From: Candidatus Nomurabacteria bacterium
GTDB lineage: Bacteria; Patescibacteriota; Dojkabacteria; SC72; JAHDCA01
Direction: 5' to 3'
Assembly (NCBI GenBank): GCA_020632375.1
Contig: JACKFR010000002.1
Span: 1-49,994, forward strand
DNA length: 49,994 bases
Shown: in pieces, positions 9,748-19,261 of the stretch
How the letters are laid out: each line of letters opens with the position of its first letter
How positions within the stretch are numbered: position 1 is the stretch's first letter
Made by a program: the position numbers and the translations under genes
The notes under the pieces: generated by a model
What the model saw: only the letters and a program-made list of their open reading frames with translations
Database searches by the model: none
What the model was told of the DNA's origin: nothing

Positions 9748-10701
9748 ATGGATTTCTCTAGATATAAAACAGTAGAAGACATTGTAAGCGATATAAAGAA
9801 AGTCAAAATCCAAGGGGCGACTAATGTTGCTCTTGCAACTTTTGAAGGTTTGAAACTGTATTTGAAAAATTACCCGTCTAATGCTGACTACGAGAATTTT
9901 ATAAATGATATCGAGAAGACCGGGGAGCTTCTTTCTAAAGCAAGACCAAACGAGCCTCTCGCTAGAAATGGTGTGAAGTTCCTCTTAAATATGCTTAAAA
10001 TCAGATACCCCGAGATTGATACTTTTGAAGAGGCGCGCAATAAAATTGAAGAGCTAGCAGATGAATATCTTGGATTGATTAAGGCATCAAAAGACAATAT
10101 CGTTCGAAACTCTTCAGAAGTTTTAACTCCAGAAATTGATCAGATTCTGACTCACTGCCACTCATCTACAGTTGAAAGGCTAATAATGTCCCACAAACAT
10201 ACTGTCGATCGTCTTCAGGTAGTATGCACTGAGACTCGACCTCTTTTCCAAGGGCGCATAACTGCAAAGAATCTTTTAGGAGAGGGTGTTGACACGACAC
10301 TGATAACTGATGGTGCAGCTGCTTCGTATATTACTGGCAAAGGCTCAACTGATATTGATATTGTTTTTATTGGCTGCGACCAGATAAGCATGAAAGGTGA
10401 CTGTATAAATAAGATTGGGAGCTGGTCTATAGCGCTCGCAAGCTACTATGCGAGCAAGCCACTGTATGTAGTGACTTCAATTTTAAAGACAGATATTTCA
10501 ACGGCATATAAGAAAGTTGAGATTGAAATGAGGCCAGGAGAAGAAATCTGGGAGGAAGCTCCAAAAGGGTTGAAATTAATTAATCCCGCTTTTGAGCTTG
10601 TGAACCGTGAATTAATAACAGGCTTTATTACCGAAATTGGGGTTTTAAAACCTAGTGATATTGAGAGAGCTATTCAAAAAGAATACAGTTGGTTATTTTA
10701 A
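9748..10701 (+). CDS. Ribose-1,5-bisphosphate isomerase (eIF2B-like family)
   Basis: KIQGA, THCHSSTV (catalytic Cys), ETRPLFQG, GCD (catalytic Asp), NKIG. Adjacent to AMP phosphorylase. Confidence 0.85.
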   Translation: MDFSRYKTVEDIVSDIKKVKIQGATNVALATFEGLKLYLKNYPSNADYENFINDIEKTGELLSKARPNEPLARNGVKFLLNMLKIRYPEIDTFEEARNKIEELADEYLGLIKASKDNIVRNSSEVLTPEIDQILTHCHSSTVERLIMSHKHTVDRLQVVCTETRPLFQGRITAKNLLGEGVDTTLITDGAAASYITGKGSTDIDIVFIGCDQISMKGDCINKIGSWSIALASYYASKPLYVVTSILKTDISTAYKKVEIEMRPGEEIWEEAPKGLKLINPAFELVNRELITGFITEIGVLKPSDIERAIQKEYSWLF

Positions 10702-10713
10702 GATATTTATTAA

Positions 10714-12222
10714 ATGGCACTATATCTTCAATCAAAAAAATTCGATGGCGAGACAGGTGATTCTATGTCAATTATGCTCAATGGGGTTGATGCTGACAAA
10801 GTTGGGATTAATAAAGGAGACAAGGTGTTGCTCTTCTGGAGAGATCTCTCTTTGTATGTAGATGTAATTATAACTGATACAGAAACTCAGCCAGGGTCTG
10901 TTGGAATTTTTGAAGACATCTGGTCAAAATATCAGCTTCCGAGTGGGGAGACCGTGACTGTAGATCTTTTCGACCGGCCAAAATCAATAGAGTTTATAAA
11001 AGACAAGCTGTTAGGTAAGAAGCTTACAGAAGATGAACTTGCTGTAATTACGAGCGATATTTCTTCCCGCAAAATCCGTGAAACTGAAATCGCTTATTTT
11101 ATGGCAACATTTTTTAATCCGGGTTTTGATGACGAAGAAATTCTCTGGACAATAAAAGGAATGGCAAATGCGGGTGAGATTCTTGATTTCCGAAATATTC
11201 GTGATAACGGGAATATGGTTGTAGACAAGCATTCTATTGGTGGTGTTGCAGCCAAAGGTATCACACCTCTTCTTGTACCGATTGTTGCTTCTTTTGATTT
11301 GGTAATACCGAATACGTCTACACGAGCTATTACAACGCCGGCCGGAACAACAGATATTCTGGAAGTCGTAATGCCAGTTACTCTTACTTCTCAAAAAGTA
11401 ATGGAGGTTGTGAAAGAAGTTGGAGCTTGCATGATATGGGGTGGTGCGCTAAAGCTTTCACCTGCTGACGATGTTTTAATAAATGTTGAGCGGGGTCTAC
11501 ATATCCAATCTTTTCAAAAGATGCTTGTAAGTATCGTTGCAAAGAAGGTCTCAATGGGAATCACTCATATAATAATCGATATCCCATATGGCCCTGGGAC
11601 AAAGGTTGAAAAACCTGATGATGTTGTTGAGTTAGAGAAAGGCTTTAAAAAACTTTTCCATAAAGTAGGAATCGAATGTGAAGTGTTTAGTCGTCATGTC
11701 ACTGCACCGGACGGTATGGGAATTGGCCCGTCGCTTGAAGTTCGAGATATTCTTTGGGTTTTTGAAAGAGATGAAAAGAGGCCGATTAAGCTTGAAAAAA
11801 CAGTTGTTGAGATGGCAGGAAAGCTTTTAGAAATGACTGGCAGGGTTGATCCTGGTAAGGGACGAACCGCTGCAATGGAAAAGCTGGAAAGCGGGGAGGC
11901 GTATGAAAAATTCTGGGAGATTGCAATGGCACAAGGTGCTAAGAAAAGAATTGATTCTTCTTCAATAGAGGTCGGGGAATATGTGAGTACCTTTAAAGCA
12001 AACAAATCGGGAACTATTAAGTTTGTTGATAACAAGGAGATTGTAAATGTCGCTCGTGGGCTTGGTAATCCGTTTATTAAAGAAGCAGGTGTATACCTTT
12101 ATAAAACATCTGGTGATAGAGTCGAAAAAGGCGAACCTCTGATGGAAATATATGCCTCAAGCCAAGAGCGTTTAGGCACTGGAACTGACGCTGTAGATAT
12201 CGATCAAATCTTTCGCTTATGA
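10714..12222 (+). CDS. deoA: AMP phosphorylase (archaeal-type thymidine phosphorylase family)
   Basis: N-terminal extra domain, DKHSIGGV, TSTRAITTPAGT, SIVAKK and GVYLYK. 502 aa. Confidence 0.9.
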   Translation: MALYLQSKKFDGETGDSMSIMLNGVDADKVGINKGDKVLLFWRDLSLYVDVIITDTETQPGSVGIFEDIWSKYQLPSGETVTVDLFDRPKSIEFIKDKLLGKKLTEDELAVITSDISSRKIRETEIAYFMATFFNPGFDDEEILWTIKGMANAGEILDFRNIRDNGNMVVDKHSIGGVAAKGITPLLVPIVASFDLVIPNTSTRAITTPAGTTDILEVVMPVTLTSQKVMEVVKEVGACMIWGGALKLSPADDVLINVERGLHIQSFQKMLVSIVAKKVSMGITHIIIDIPYGPGTKVEKPDDVVELEKGFKKLFHKVGIECEVFSRHVTAPDGMGIGPSLEVRDILWVFERDEKRPIKLEKTVVEMAGKLLEMTGRVDPGKGRTAAMEKLESGEAYEKFWEIAMAQGAKKRIDSSSIEVGEYVSTFKANKSGTIKFVDNKEIVNVARGLGNPFIKEAGVYLYKTSGDRVEKGEPLMEIYASSQERLGTGTDAVDIDQIFRL

Positions 12223-14109
12223 AGTTGCTGATCTGTTAGCTTTTTTAATCCATTGTAACGGCAAAGCAATTAGTACCCACAGAGCGACGAAAACCAGCAC
12301 TACCGGTGTTGTGATAATTATTGCTTTGCCAAACCGTGTAGTCTTCAGAAATAACTCTGTACTGGTGGTTTTCTTACCTGTAAAATCTTTAATTACATCA
12401 TCTAGTGACTGGAGACTTGTTTCACCAGGATAGTCAGCAGCAGAGAGAGCCTGGAGATACACATCATAACCACTTAAATTCCCATCATCTACTGGGTCTG
12501 CTGTATTTAGCTCTGTTGAGGCTCTTTCAGTAGATGTTTGTCCGACAGTATACCAAAGCAAATGGTCTAAGTTTCCTCCAATATAGGTTCTACCTGTTTC
12601 ACCCCATGTTGGATCTACAGACATCCATCCGTATTCGGGGACCCAGACTTGCAGCCATTGGTGACCAATCTTCTGTTCAAGCGGTGTATTAGTTCCTATC
12701 TCGTTTTCAATTCCTGTTGGGTCATTCCCGTACCCGATCGCTGCTCGAGCGGGTATTCCTTGTGCCCTGAGTAAAGCGATCATTGCATCTGAATACTCCA
12801 TGCAGACACACTCAGCGCCCTTAAAGGCTGCGAGGGCACCATATCTGGTGTTTTGACCGATGCTTTTCTCTTCGCTGTAATCAAAATTGTCAATAATATA
12901 ATTGTAATCGGCTTTAATAAGCTGTTGCAGAGTACTTGGATTCTTTTCAAGTTTTGTAGCGAGTTCTTGAATTAAAGGTGAGTCAGACTCCCAGTATTTA
13001 TCTGGTGTTGTGTAGGGCTTAAACTTACTATCATCCTTAATGTCTGCTCGGTAAAGGTCTAAATTCTTATCAGGGAGGCTGTTGAAGTCGCTATCATACT
13101 TGAGTACAATGTATCCCCTAATTACAATCTTTGACTCTTCGTTGGCAGGCACTTCAAATGATGCGGTTAAATTGCCTTCATCATCTCTTTCGATATCTGT
13201 AGGCTTTGGGGATATTTCTGAAAAGAAAACTTTTTGTCCTGTTTCACTGTGCTCTTTAGGTAGAGGGATCTTAACTATGTTTGTTGAAATAAGGTCTGAA
13301 TACTTACTTATCTCTTTAGGTATGAGGTTGTCAGTTTTGGGAGTCTTTTGTATTATTTCAAAGTAATAGTACTGCTCTTTTCCAAGCTGTACCCATAAAG
13401 TTTCATTAATTCTATTTTCAGCTGGGAAACTGTATACAATGCGATCTTTTTCATTAACTGGCTTTATTGAATCAATAGAGATATAGGAAGCTTTAGGTAG
13501 ATTGCTATCAACCGATAGATCTGTCTCATAGACAACTCTTGTCGTTAAACCGGTATCCGTATCGGTTTCTGTAAACTTAGTTCCTTCTTTTAACCCTGGA
13601 ACATAAAGATTCGAAATATTTCCATTAATATTGACCAGCTCGTGAGTAGAGTACTCCAAGTTTATTGTAAGTGGCGAGTAGGAGGTAATATCATTGTAAT
13701 AAGGCACTTTGATCTCAATCCCTGTCTCTTGATCGCTTCTTTTATACTTGAGGTTATTGCCATAAAGGTCTCTTACTTTAAGGCTTTTGAGTTTGAATGC
13801 TCTTTCTTCGAGTTTCGCTTCATCACTTTGGTATTCCAGTTTATAATCAGGGATAATAAATACAATTTCTTCTCCTCCTGCGAGATAATAGTCAGAATTA
13901 TCTACGCTTATTTGTCTACGTTCATAGATCTTGGTCATATTTCCACCGTCGTAGAGCACTGAATAATTCACAGAAATAGTAAAGTCATGAGAAACGTTTT
14001 TTTGAGAGTCGGCATATACCCCTATGGGTATATTTATCCCTATAAGTAGTAATATTGTTAATAGGGATATTATTGTTTTATTTTGTATACGGGATTTCTC
14101 TCTATGCAT
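12217..14109 (-). CDS. Secreted/membrane-anchored transglutaminase-like (Cys-His-Asp) protein
   Basis: N-terminal signal/TM, VCMEYSDAMIALLRAQGIPAR, GHQWLQVWVPEYGWMSVDPTW and a C-terminal TM. Confidence 0.85.
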   Translation of the reverse strand: MHREKSRIQNKTIISLLTILLLIGINIPIGVYADSQKNVSHDFTISVNYSVLYDGGNMTKIYERRQISVDNSDYYLAGGEEIVFIIPDYKLEYQSDEAKLEERAFKLKSLKVRDLYGNNLKYKRSDQETGIEIKVPYYNDITSYSPLTINLEYSTHELVNINGNISNLYVPGLKEGTKFTETDTDTGLTTRVVYETDLSVDSNLPKASYISIDSIKPVNEKDRIVYSFPAENRINETLWVQLGKEQYYYFEIIQKTPKTDNLIPKEISKYSDLISTNIVKIPLPKEHSETGQKVFFSEISPKPTDIERDDEGNLTASFEVPANEESKIVIRGYIVLKYDSDFNSLPDKNLDLYRADIKDDSKFKPYTTPDKYWESDSPLIQELATKLEKNPSTLQQLIKADYNYIIDNFDYSEEKSIGQNTRYGALAAFKGAECVCMEYSDAMIALLRAQGIPARAAIGYGNDPTGIENEIGTNTPLEQKIGHQWLQVWVPEYGWMSVDPTWGETGRTYIGGNLDHLLWYTVGQTSTERASTELNTADPVDDGNLSGYDVYLQALSAADYPGETSLQSLDDVIKDFTGKKTTSTELFLKTTRFGKAIIITTPVVLVFVALWVLIALPLQWIKKANRSATS

Positions 14110-14120
14110 GTTTAAGTGAC

Positions 14121-14129
14121 ATTATATCA
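14121..14129 (-). promoter_or_regulatory. Extended -10 promoter (TGATATAAT) of the transglutaminase-like gene
   Basis: Perfect TGnTATAAT on the - strand, 11 nt before the ATG at 14109. Confidence 0.6.
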
Positions 14130-14200
14130 GGAAAGTCTTATTGCTGCGATTAAAAAGCCTTATGATTTAAGCATGAATTGCTGCAAAATGGTGCCCTTTT

Positions 14201-14209
14201 TGCTATTAT
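14201..14209 (+). promoter_or_regulatory. Extended -10 promoter (TGCTATTAT) of ychF, leaderless geometry
   Basis: TGnTATTAT ends 6 nt before the ATG at 14216. No SD sequence. Confidence 0.55.
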
Positions 14210-14215
14210 CGCTAC

Positions 14216-15331
14216 ATGTCAGTAACACGATCACACTCATTATCTATAGGGATTGTTGGTTTGCCTAATGTCGGTAAATCGACGCTGTATAATGCTTTAA
14301 CTAAGAACTCGGTTCCTGCAGAAAATTTCCCGTTTTGTACGATAGACAAAAACGTTGGTGTGGTTGAAGTAAAAGATGAAAGGCTTACTAGGCTTGCGAA
14401 TATGTTTAACTCTGTGAAAGTTGTATATCCTGCGATAAAGTTTGTTGATATTGCAGGTCTTGTAAAAGGCGCATCAAAAGGTGAAGGGCTTGGCAACCAG
14501 TTTCTGTCACATATTAGAGAGGTAGATGTCATCATGTATGTTCTTAGGGCTTTTGATAGCGAAACTATCTCACATGTATACAACAAGGTTAGTCCAGTTG
14601 ATGATCTTGAGATTGTTCAGTCAGAGCTTATACTCAAAGATATTGACACTGTTTCGGTAAAATTGGGCGATTTAAAAAAGAAACATAGGGTTAATCCTGA
14701 TAAAGAAGCTCAAATGAAAATTACTTCATTAGAAGCATTGCTAGACGGTTTAAACCGCGGAATCCCTGCAATTGAAATCTCTGTAGACCCCGATATTGAA
14801 AATTTCGTAAGAGAACTCTGGCTGCTCACAAGGAAAAAGAGAATTTTTGTACTAAACAGCAGAGAAGGGGTTGAAAATAGATTCCAAGATGCAATTGCAC
14901 AGCTACGCGAGGTTTTGACTGAAGATGACCGAGGTTTTGTTTTACCGATTGATGTAAAGCTTGCAGGAGATCTGGCAGACCTTCCCAACCAAGAGCTTGA
15001 AGAAACCCTGAACCTTCTAGATCAAAAGCCTGTTCTTTTGGCAGATCTTATTCAAATGGCTTTTGAGCGTCTAGACTTAGTGACCTTTTATACAGGATCA
15101 GAAAAAGAAGCAAATGCTTGGTCAATTATAAGAGGTGCAAATGTAAAAGAGGCTGCAGGAGTAATTCATACAGATTTATCTGAAAACTTTATAACAGCAG
15201 ATATTATCAATGTTGAAGTGCTGATCGGGCATGGCGGACTTGTTCAAGCAAGAGAAAAAGGATTAGTTAAAAACCACGGGAAAGACTATATAGTTAATGA
15301 TGGTGATTATGTAATTATCCATGCACATTAG
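14216..15331 (+). CDS. ychF: Redox-regulated ATPase YchF
   Basis: GIVGLPNVGKSTL, NFPFCTI, DIAGLVKGASKGEGLGNQFL, IHTD and a TGS-like C-terminus. Confidence 0.96.
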   Translation: MSVTRSHSLSIGIVGLPNVGKSTLYNALTKNSVPAENFPFCTIDKNVGVVEVKDERLTRLANMFNSVKVVYPAIKFVDIAGLVKGASKGEGLGNQFLSHIREVDVIMYVLRAFDSETISHVYNKVSPVDDLEIVQSELILKDIDTVSVKLGDLKKKHRVNPDKEAQMKITSLEALLDGLNRGIPAIEISVDPDIENFVRELWLLTRKKRIFVLNSREGVENRFQDAIAQLREVLTEDDRGFVLPIDVKLAGDLADLPNQELEETLNLLDQKPVLLADLIQMAFERLDLVTFYTGSEKEANAWSIIRGANVKEAAGVIHTDLSENFITADIINVEVLIGHGGLVQAREKGLVKNHGKDYIVNDGDYVIIHAH

Positions 15332-15386
15332 ATCAGGATTGGGTTTGAATGATTACAGTAGCATTATTCCCATCCAACGACTTTTC

Positions 15387-15395
15387 TGCTACAAT
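15387..15395 (+). promoter_or_regulatory. Extended -10 (TGCTACAAT) upstream of rpsF-ssb-rpsR
   Basis: TGnTACAAT about 40 nt upstream of rpsF. An AAGGA SD-like sequence precedes the ATG. Confidence 0.45.
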
Positions 15396-15436
15396 TCGAG
15401 CGCTTTATCAAAAAGATAAATTAAAGGAAGTCAGTA

Positions 15437-15790
15437 ATGGCTAGAAGCAAGAGTGAAAAATATGAAATCATGGTCGCATTGAAACCTCTGTTACCAGATG
15501 ATGTCAGGAAATCAATGCATAAGGAAGTAATAGATCTTGTCAAAGACCAAAAAGGAGAGGTTGATGATGTAGATGTTTGGGGGAAAAGGTATTTGGCATA
15601 TGAGATAGAAGGTCATAATGAAGGGTATTACATTCTTTATCAAGCGAGTATTCCCGCTGTATCTATTGCCGAAATAAAAAGACAACTCGGTTTAAAGCAA
15701 GAGATCCTAAGGTTTATGATAATTCGAGTTGATGACCCTGCTGAGCTGAAAAAGAAGCTTAAGAAAAAAGATATTCAGCTTGACGAATAG
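15437..15790 (+). CDS. rpsF: 30S ribosomal protein S6
   Basis: YEIM...WGKRYLAYEI...GYY...ILRFMII pattern in rpsF-ssb-rpsR synteny. Confidence 0.96.
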   Translation: MARSKSEKYEIMVALKPLLPDDVRKSMHKEVIDLVKDQKGEVDDVDVWGKRYLAYEIEGHNEGYYILYQASIPAVSIAEIKRQLGLKQEILRFMIIRVDDPAELKKKLKKKDIQLDE

Positions 15791-15863
15791 TTTAGAAATA
15801 GTTAAGAAAAATTTAAGAAGAAGACTGTATCATTAGGATATAGATAAATTGAAAGATAAGTAA

Positions 15864-16388
15864 ATGGCCACAAGATCACTAAATAAGGTAATGCTGATTG
15901 GAAATGTCACTAGAGACCCTGAGATGCGCTATACAGCGAGCGGTACTCCAGTTGCAACATTTGGACTTGCTACTAATCGCTACTGGAAAGATAAAAATGG
16001 TGAGAAACAAGAGTCAACGCAATTTCATAATCTTGTCGCATGGGATAAGATGGGTGAAATTTCCAATCAGATAGTCACTAAAGGTGCCAAAATATATGTT
16101 GAGGGTGAACTCGTTACACGATCTTGGGAAGGGGATGATGGCGTCACGAGGTATAAGACAGAGATACGTATAAATGAAATGATCCTTTTAAGCAGTAAAA
16201 ATGACTTCTCTTCATCCTCTCAGTCCACAGATGATGATGTTTTCGATGACAATGATAAGCAGAAAAAGAAGTCAGAGAAAAAAGACGCAGATCCCGAAGA
16301 TGAGGCCATGCCAGAAGATCCAGATGAGTCAGAGCCTGATGATATTGATGACTCTGAAGATCCTACTGATGATGAATTGCCATTTTAA
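15864..16388 (+). CDS. ssb: Single-stranded DNA-binding protein
   Basis: LNKVMLIGNVTRDPE, W motifs, IYVEG and an acidic tail ending DELPF. Confidence 0.97.
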   Translation: MATRSLNKVMLIGNVTRDPEMRYTASGTPVATFGLATNRYWKDKNGEKQESTQFHNLVAWDKMGEISNQIVTKGAKIYVEGELVTRSWEGDDGVTRYKTEIRINEMILLSSKNDFSSSSQSTDDDVFDDNDKQKKKSEKKDADPEDEAMPEDPDESEPDDIDDSEDPTDDELPF

Positions 16389-16413
16389 GTGTTTAAATTT
16401 TTTTGGTTGAGAA

Positions 16414-16719
16414 ATGCCTAAAGAAGAATTAGAAAAGAAAGATGATACATTAGAGTCTTCTACAGAGGATACTTCTTATAAAAGAAGATCAAGGAAAAAA
16501 AACGTCAAACTAGATCTAAAATGTCCTTTGTGTGAATCTGGAATTAAATGTTTGACATACAAAGATATCTACCAGCTTAAAAAGTTCACTTCTGTTAGGG
16601 GGAAAATTATTTCTTCAGAGAAGTCTGGTATGTGTAGTAAACACCAGAGACAACTTCGCAAATCTATTCAGAGAGCAAGATTTATGGCTTTGTTGCCATA
16701 TGTCGCTTTAGATTCCTAG
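16414..16719 (+). CDS. rpsR: 30S ribosomal protein S18 (Zn-binding type)
   Basis: CPLC...YKD...RGKI...GMCSKHQR...RARFMALLPY. Confidence 0.95.
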   Translation: MPKEELEKKDDTLESSTEDTSYKRRSRKKNVKLDLKCPLCESGIKCLTYKDIYQLKKFTSVRGKIISSEKSGMCSKHQRQLRKSIQRARFMALLPYVALDS

Positions 16720-16742
16720 AGTCTTTCTTAATCAGTTTGGCA

Positions 16743-16771
16743 TTGAGGCTTTTTCTTATTGAAGGTATACT
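16743..16771 (+). promoter_or_regulatory. Putative sigma70 promoter of the GlmL-like gene pair
   Basis: TTGAGG, 17-bp spacer, TATACT, about 35 nt upstream of the TTG at 16807. Confidence 0.5.
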
Positions 16772-16806
16772 TGTTACCAGAATAATTACTTATTTAACTG
16801 CCTGTT

Positions 16807-18150
16807 TTGAGAAAGCTACCCTTACTTGAAAAGAATGCGATTCTTTCTATTGAAGTCAGTCGAAATTCGATTAGCTCGGTTCTTGCATACTCACATTATG
16901 AAATAAATAGAAATTATCTTCTCACCGATAAGAGTGTGATTGATTCCGAAGCTGATCCTGTAGGAGAGTCTGAATTCTGGAGCAACTATTTCAACGCTTT
17001 GTCTAAAAAGTTTAATTGGGATTTTTTAAATCAGTCTCCTAAAGATTATTTTCTCGGTAAGATTATGGCATTTGAAGACGAAGGCCAAGGGCTTGGTGCT
17101 ATACAGATTCAGATAAGTCCTTCAATCAAAAAGGAGAAAGAGATCTTTGTTGCTCTGCATAATTTTTTGCCTGGTGCTGATCTGTCTGCTTCCGGCATTA
17201 CCGAAGACAATACTCAACTTGCTAATCTTGCAGAAAAGCTAGGCTATGATGAGCTTATTATGCTCGATATGAATCTTATGAGGTTTGATTTGTCTTGGGT
17301 TTACAATTCTAAGAAAGACAAAAGTTGGCAGGAATTTCATTCAAAAATAGATTGGGATAAAAAATTACCACTTATTGATGCTATAAGAGATTCTAGACTA
17401 AAGGCTTTTTCTACAATGGATTTGGAAAACCCTCAAATATATAACAAGTGGGCAAACTTTATTCTCAAACCTGTCATGAAAACTAATGATGCAGTTATAC
17501 AAGACTTGCTGAGATCGTATGTAACTGTCCAATTGTTAACGATTCACAACAATGCTCAAAACAGACTAAATAACTTCGCTATAAAGCGAAAAAAATCTGG
17601 ACTTATTTTGAAGGGAGATGTTTTAGGTCTTTTGCAATATAAACAGCTGGTTCTTTCTGTTTTAGATGGATTACAGATTAGGGGTGCTTTTGATCTTCTC
17701 GTTGACTACAATAATGTATTTACTCTTCTAGGTCGGCAATACTCAGAAGGAATTAATGCTACAAAGTTTATTGTCACAAAGAGTGTCGTTTTTGACTCAA
17801 AAGATCGGGTATATGTGTTTGAAGTGCCTGGTAGACATGAAGAAAAGAAAGCTGTTTTTCTGGGTAGTGCTTCATCAGTAAATTCCAAATCAAGAGACAT
17901 ATCTGCAGTAAGCGGAGAATTTGTGATCAAAGATCTTTCAGGTTTCGCATCAGGGGAATCATATGTTTTTGAAGGAAGTTTTGCAAAGGGTGCTTATGTA
18001 GAGGGTTTTGATAAAAAAATTGAATTTACATCGGGTAATGAGCAGGACTCAATATCAAAAGTAATCTTAGATACAAGGCATAAACCAGTTACATACGGAC
18101 CTGACTATCGAAGCAATTTACGTAAATTCAGCCGTTGGTTCGTTGAATAG
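16807..18150 (+). CDS. Hypothetical protein, divergent GlmL (glutamate mutase L)-like ASKHA fold
   Basis: LSIEVSRNSISSVL occupies the position of the DxGSTTTK strand. NKWANFILKP and LDGLQIRGAFDLLVDYNNVFTLLG resemble Chloroflexi-type GlmL-like proteins as recalled. Paired with the usual partner gene. Confidence 0.55.
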   Translation: MRKLPLLEKNAILSIEVSRNSISSVLAYSHYEINRNYLLTDKSVIDSEADPVGESEFWSNYFNALSKKFNWDFLNQSPKDYFLGKIMAFEDEGQGLGAIQIQISPSIKKEKEIFVALHNFLPGADLSASGITEDNTQLANLAEKLGYDELIMLDMNLMRFDLSWVYNSKKDKSWQEFHSKIDWDKKLPLIDAIRDSRLKAFSTMDLENPQIYNKWANFILKPVMKTNDAVIQDLLRSYVTVQLLTIHNNAQNRLNNFAIKRKKSGLILKGDVLGLLQYKQLVLSVLDGLQIRGAFDLLVDYNNVFTLLGRQYSEGINATKFIVTKSVVFDSKDRVYVFEVPGRHEEKKAVFLGSASSVNSKSRDISAVSGEFVIKDLSGFASGESYVFEGSFAKGAYVEGFDKKIEFTSGNEQDSISKVILDTRHKPVTYGPDYRSNLRKFSRWFVE

Positions 18151-19207
18151 GAAAGAAACTATTTGGAAAATTGAATCAAAGTTTGATTATCGGATCCCTC
18201 TGCGAGGAAACAATCGTCTTTATGTAGAAGTTGGAGATAATGTTGCCCCGGGGAGTAAGCTTTTCAATGCCGAGCATAAAAAGCTTATGGAAACATACCA
18301 TCTTCCATCTTTGCTTGGAATAAAAGCTGATAATGTGAAAGATTATGTGGGTCGAATAAATGGTGAATACATATCTAAAGGAGACTTAATTGCAGAAAGA
18401 CTTATGTCAGGAGGTCTGGCGAGCAAAAGAGTTATATCAGGATCTGATGGAATTGTAAGTCTCACCAGGGTCGGCTCGGGTTATGTAGATATTCTATCTG
18501 AATCTGAAGATAAAGAAGTTACAAGTCCAGTTAATGGCACTGTAAGTGAGATTTCTCTCAACAACTATATATCTCTGTCTACTTCGGCAGTGGGACTTGA
18601 ATATGAAGTGTCTAAAAATTTAGAGAAACCGGGGTCTCCTCTTAACGGACAAATTCAGGGAGAGCTAGAATTGATCGGGAATGGTGACTCAGTTTATACT
18701 GAAAAAGATCTGAATAGTAACTATTCGGATAAAATTGTTTTTGCAGGTAGATATTTACCTCTTGATCTCCTGATTAAACTTTATGAAAGAGATTGCTCTT
18801 TGGTTTTGGCATATTCACTGGACTATTTAGACTATAAGAAAACTGATATGCCGGTAGTAATTCTTGGGGGATTTGGGCAACTCTCGCTTCCAAAAGAGAT
18901 TCTCAAGTTCTTTCAAAAAGCAGCTGGTAAACACGTAGTTATTCCAACAGAGGAGGATAGTCATGTTTATTTTCTGCTGGACAGGAAGCAAAAAGGACAC
19001 ATAAATCGAGAGTGGTTTGCATCTGGAATTGAGAGGGGGGCTTTTGTAAGGGCTCTTGAGCCTTCTAGTTTTGGCTTTACAGGCGAGGTTGTATCAGTTG
19101 ATCCGGAAGAAGGAGTTGATTATATAGTTGCAAAAGATCTCAAAGGAAAAAGTATGTTGCTTGACCAAGATACTGTTGTTGAGATCAATAAATTGGAAAA
19201 ATTGTAA
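18143..19207 (+). CDS. Hypothetical protein with barrel-sandwich hybrid repeats and C-terminal KOW-like domain (GlmL-like cluster partner)
   Basis: LYVEVGDNV, GEYISKGDLIAE...SPVNGTVSEI, VILGGFG and GAFVRALEPSSFGFTGEVV. Overlaps the upstream gene by 8 nt. Confidence 0.6.
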   Translation: MNRKETIWKIESKFDYRIPLRGNNRLYVEVGDNVAPGSKLFNAEHKKLMETYHLPSLLGIKADNVKDYVGRINGEYISKGDLIAERLMSGGLASKRVISGSDGIVSLTRVGSGYVDILSESEDKEVTSPVNGTVSEISLNNYISLSTSAVGLEYEVSKNLEKPGSPLNGQIQGELELIGNGDSVYTEKDLNSNYSDKIVFAGRYLPLDLLIKLYERDCSLVLAYSLDYLDYKKTDMPVVILGGFGQLSLPKEILKFFQKAAGKHVVIPTEEDSHVYFLLDRKQKGHINREWFASGIERGAFVRALEPSSFGFTGEVVSVDPEEGVDYIVAKDLKGKSMLLDQDTVVEINKLEKL

Positions 19208-19261
19208 TCAAATTAGTAGAGGATTATAATTCTTAGGTTATATAATTTTTAGCTTTTTGTA

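Noticed and set aside
9748-10701. Annotation as eIF2B subunit or methylthioribose-1-phosphate isomerase
   Set aside because: The THCHS motif and adjacency to AMP phosphorylase favour R15P isomerase.
15396-15436. S6:S18 ribosomal leader upstream of rpsF
   Set aside because: A small hairpin is present, but the conserved CCC/CCG internal-loop motif is not seen.
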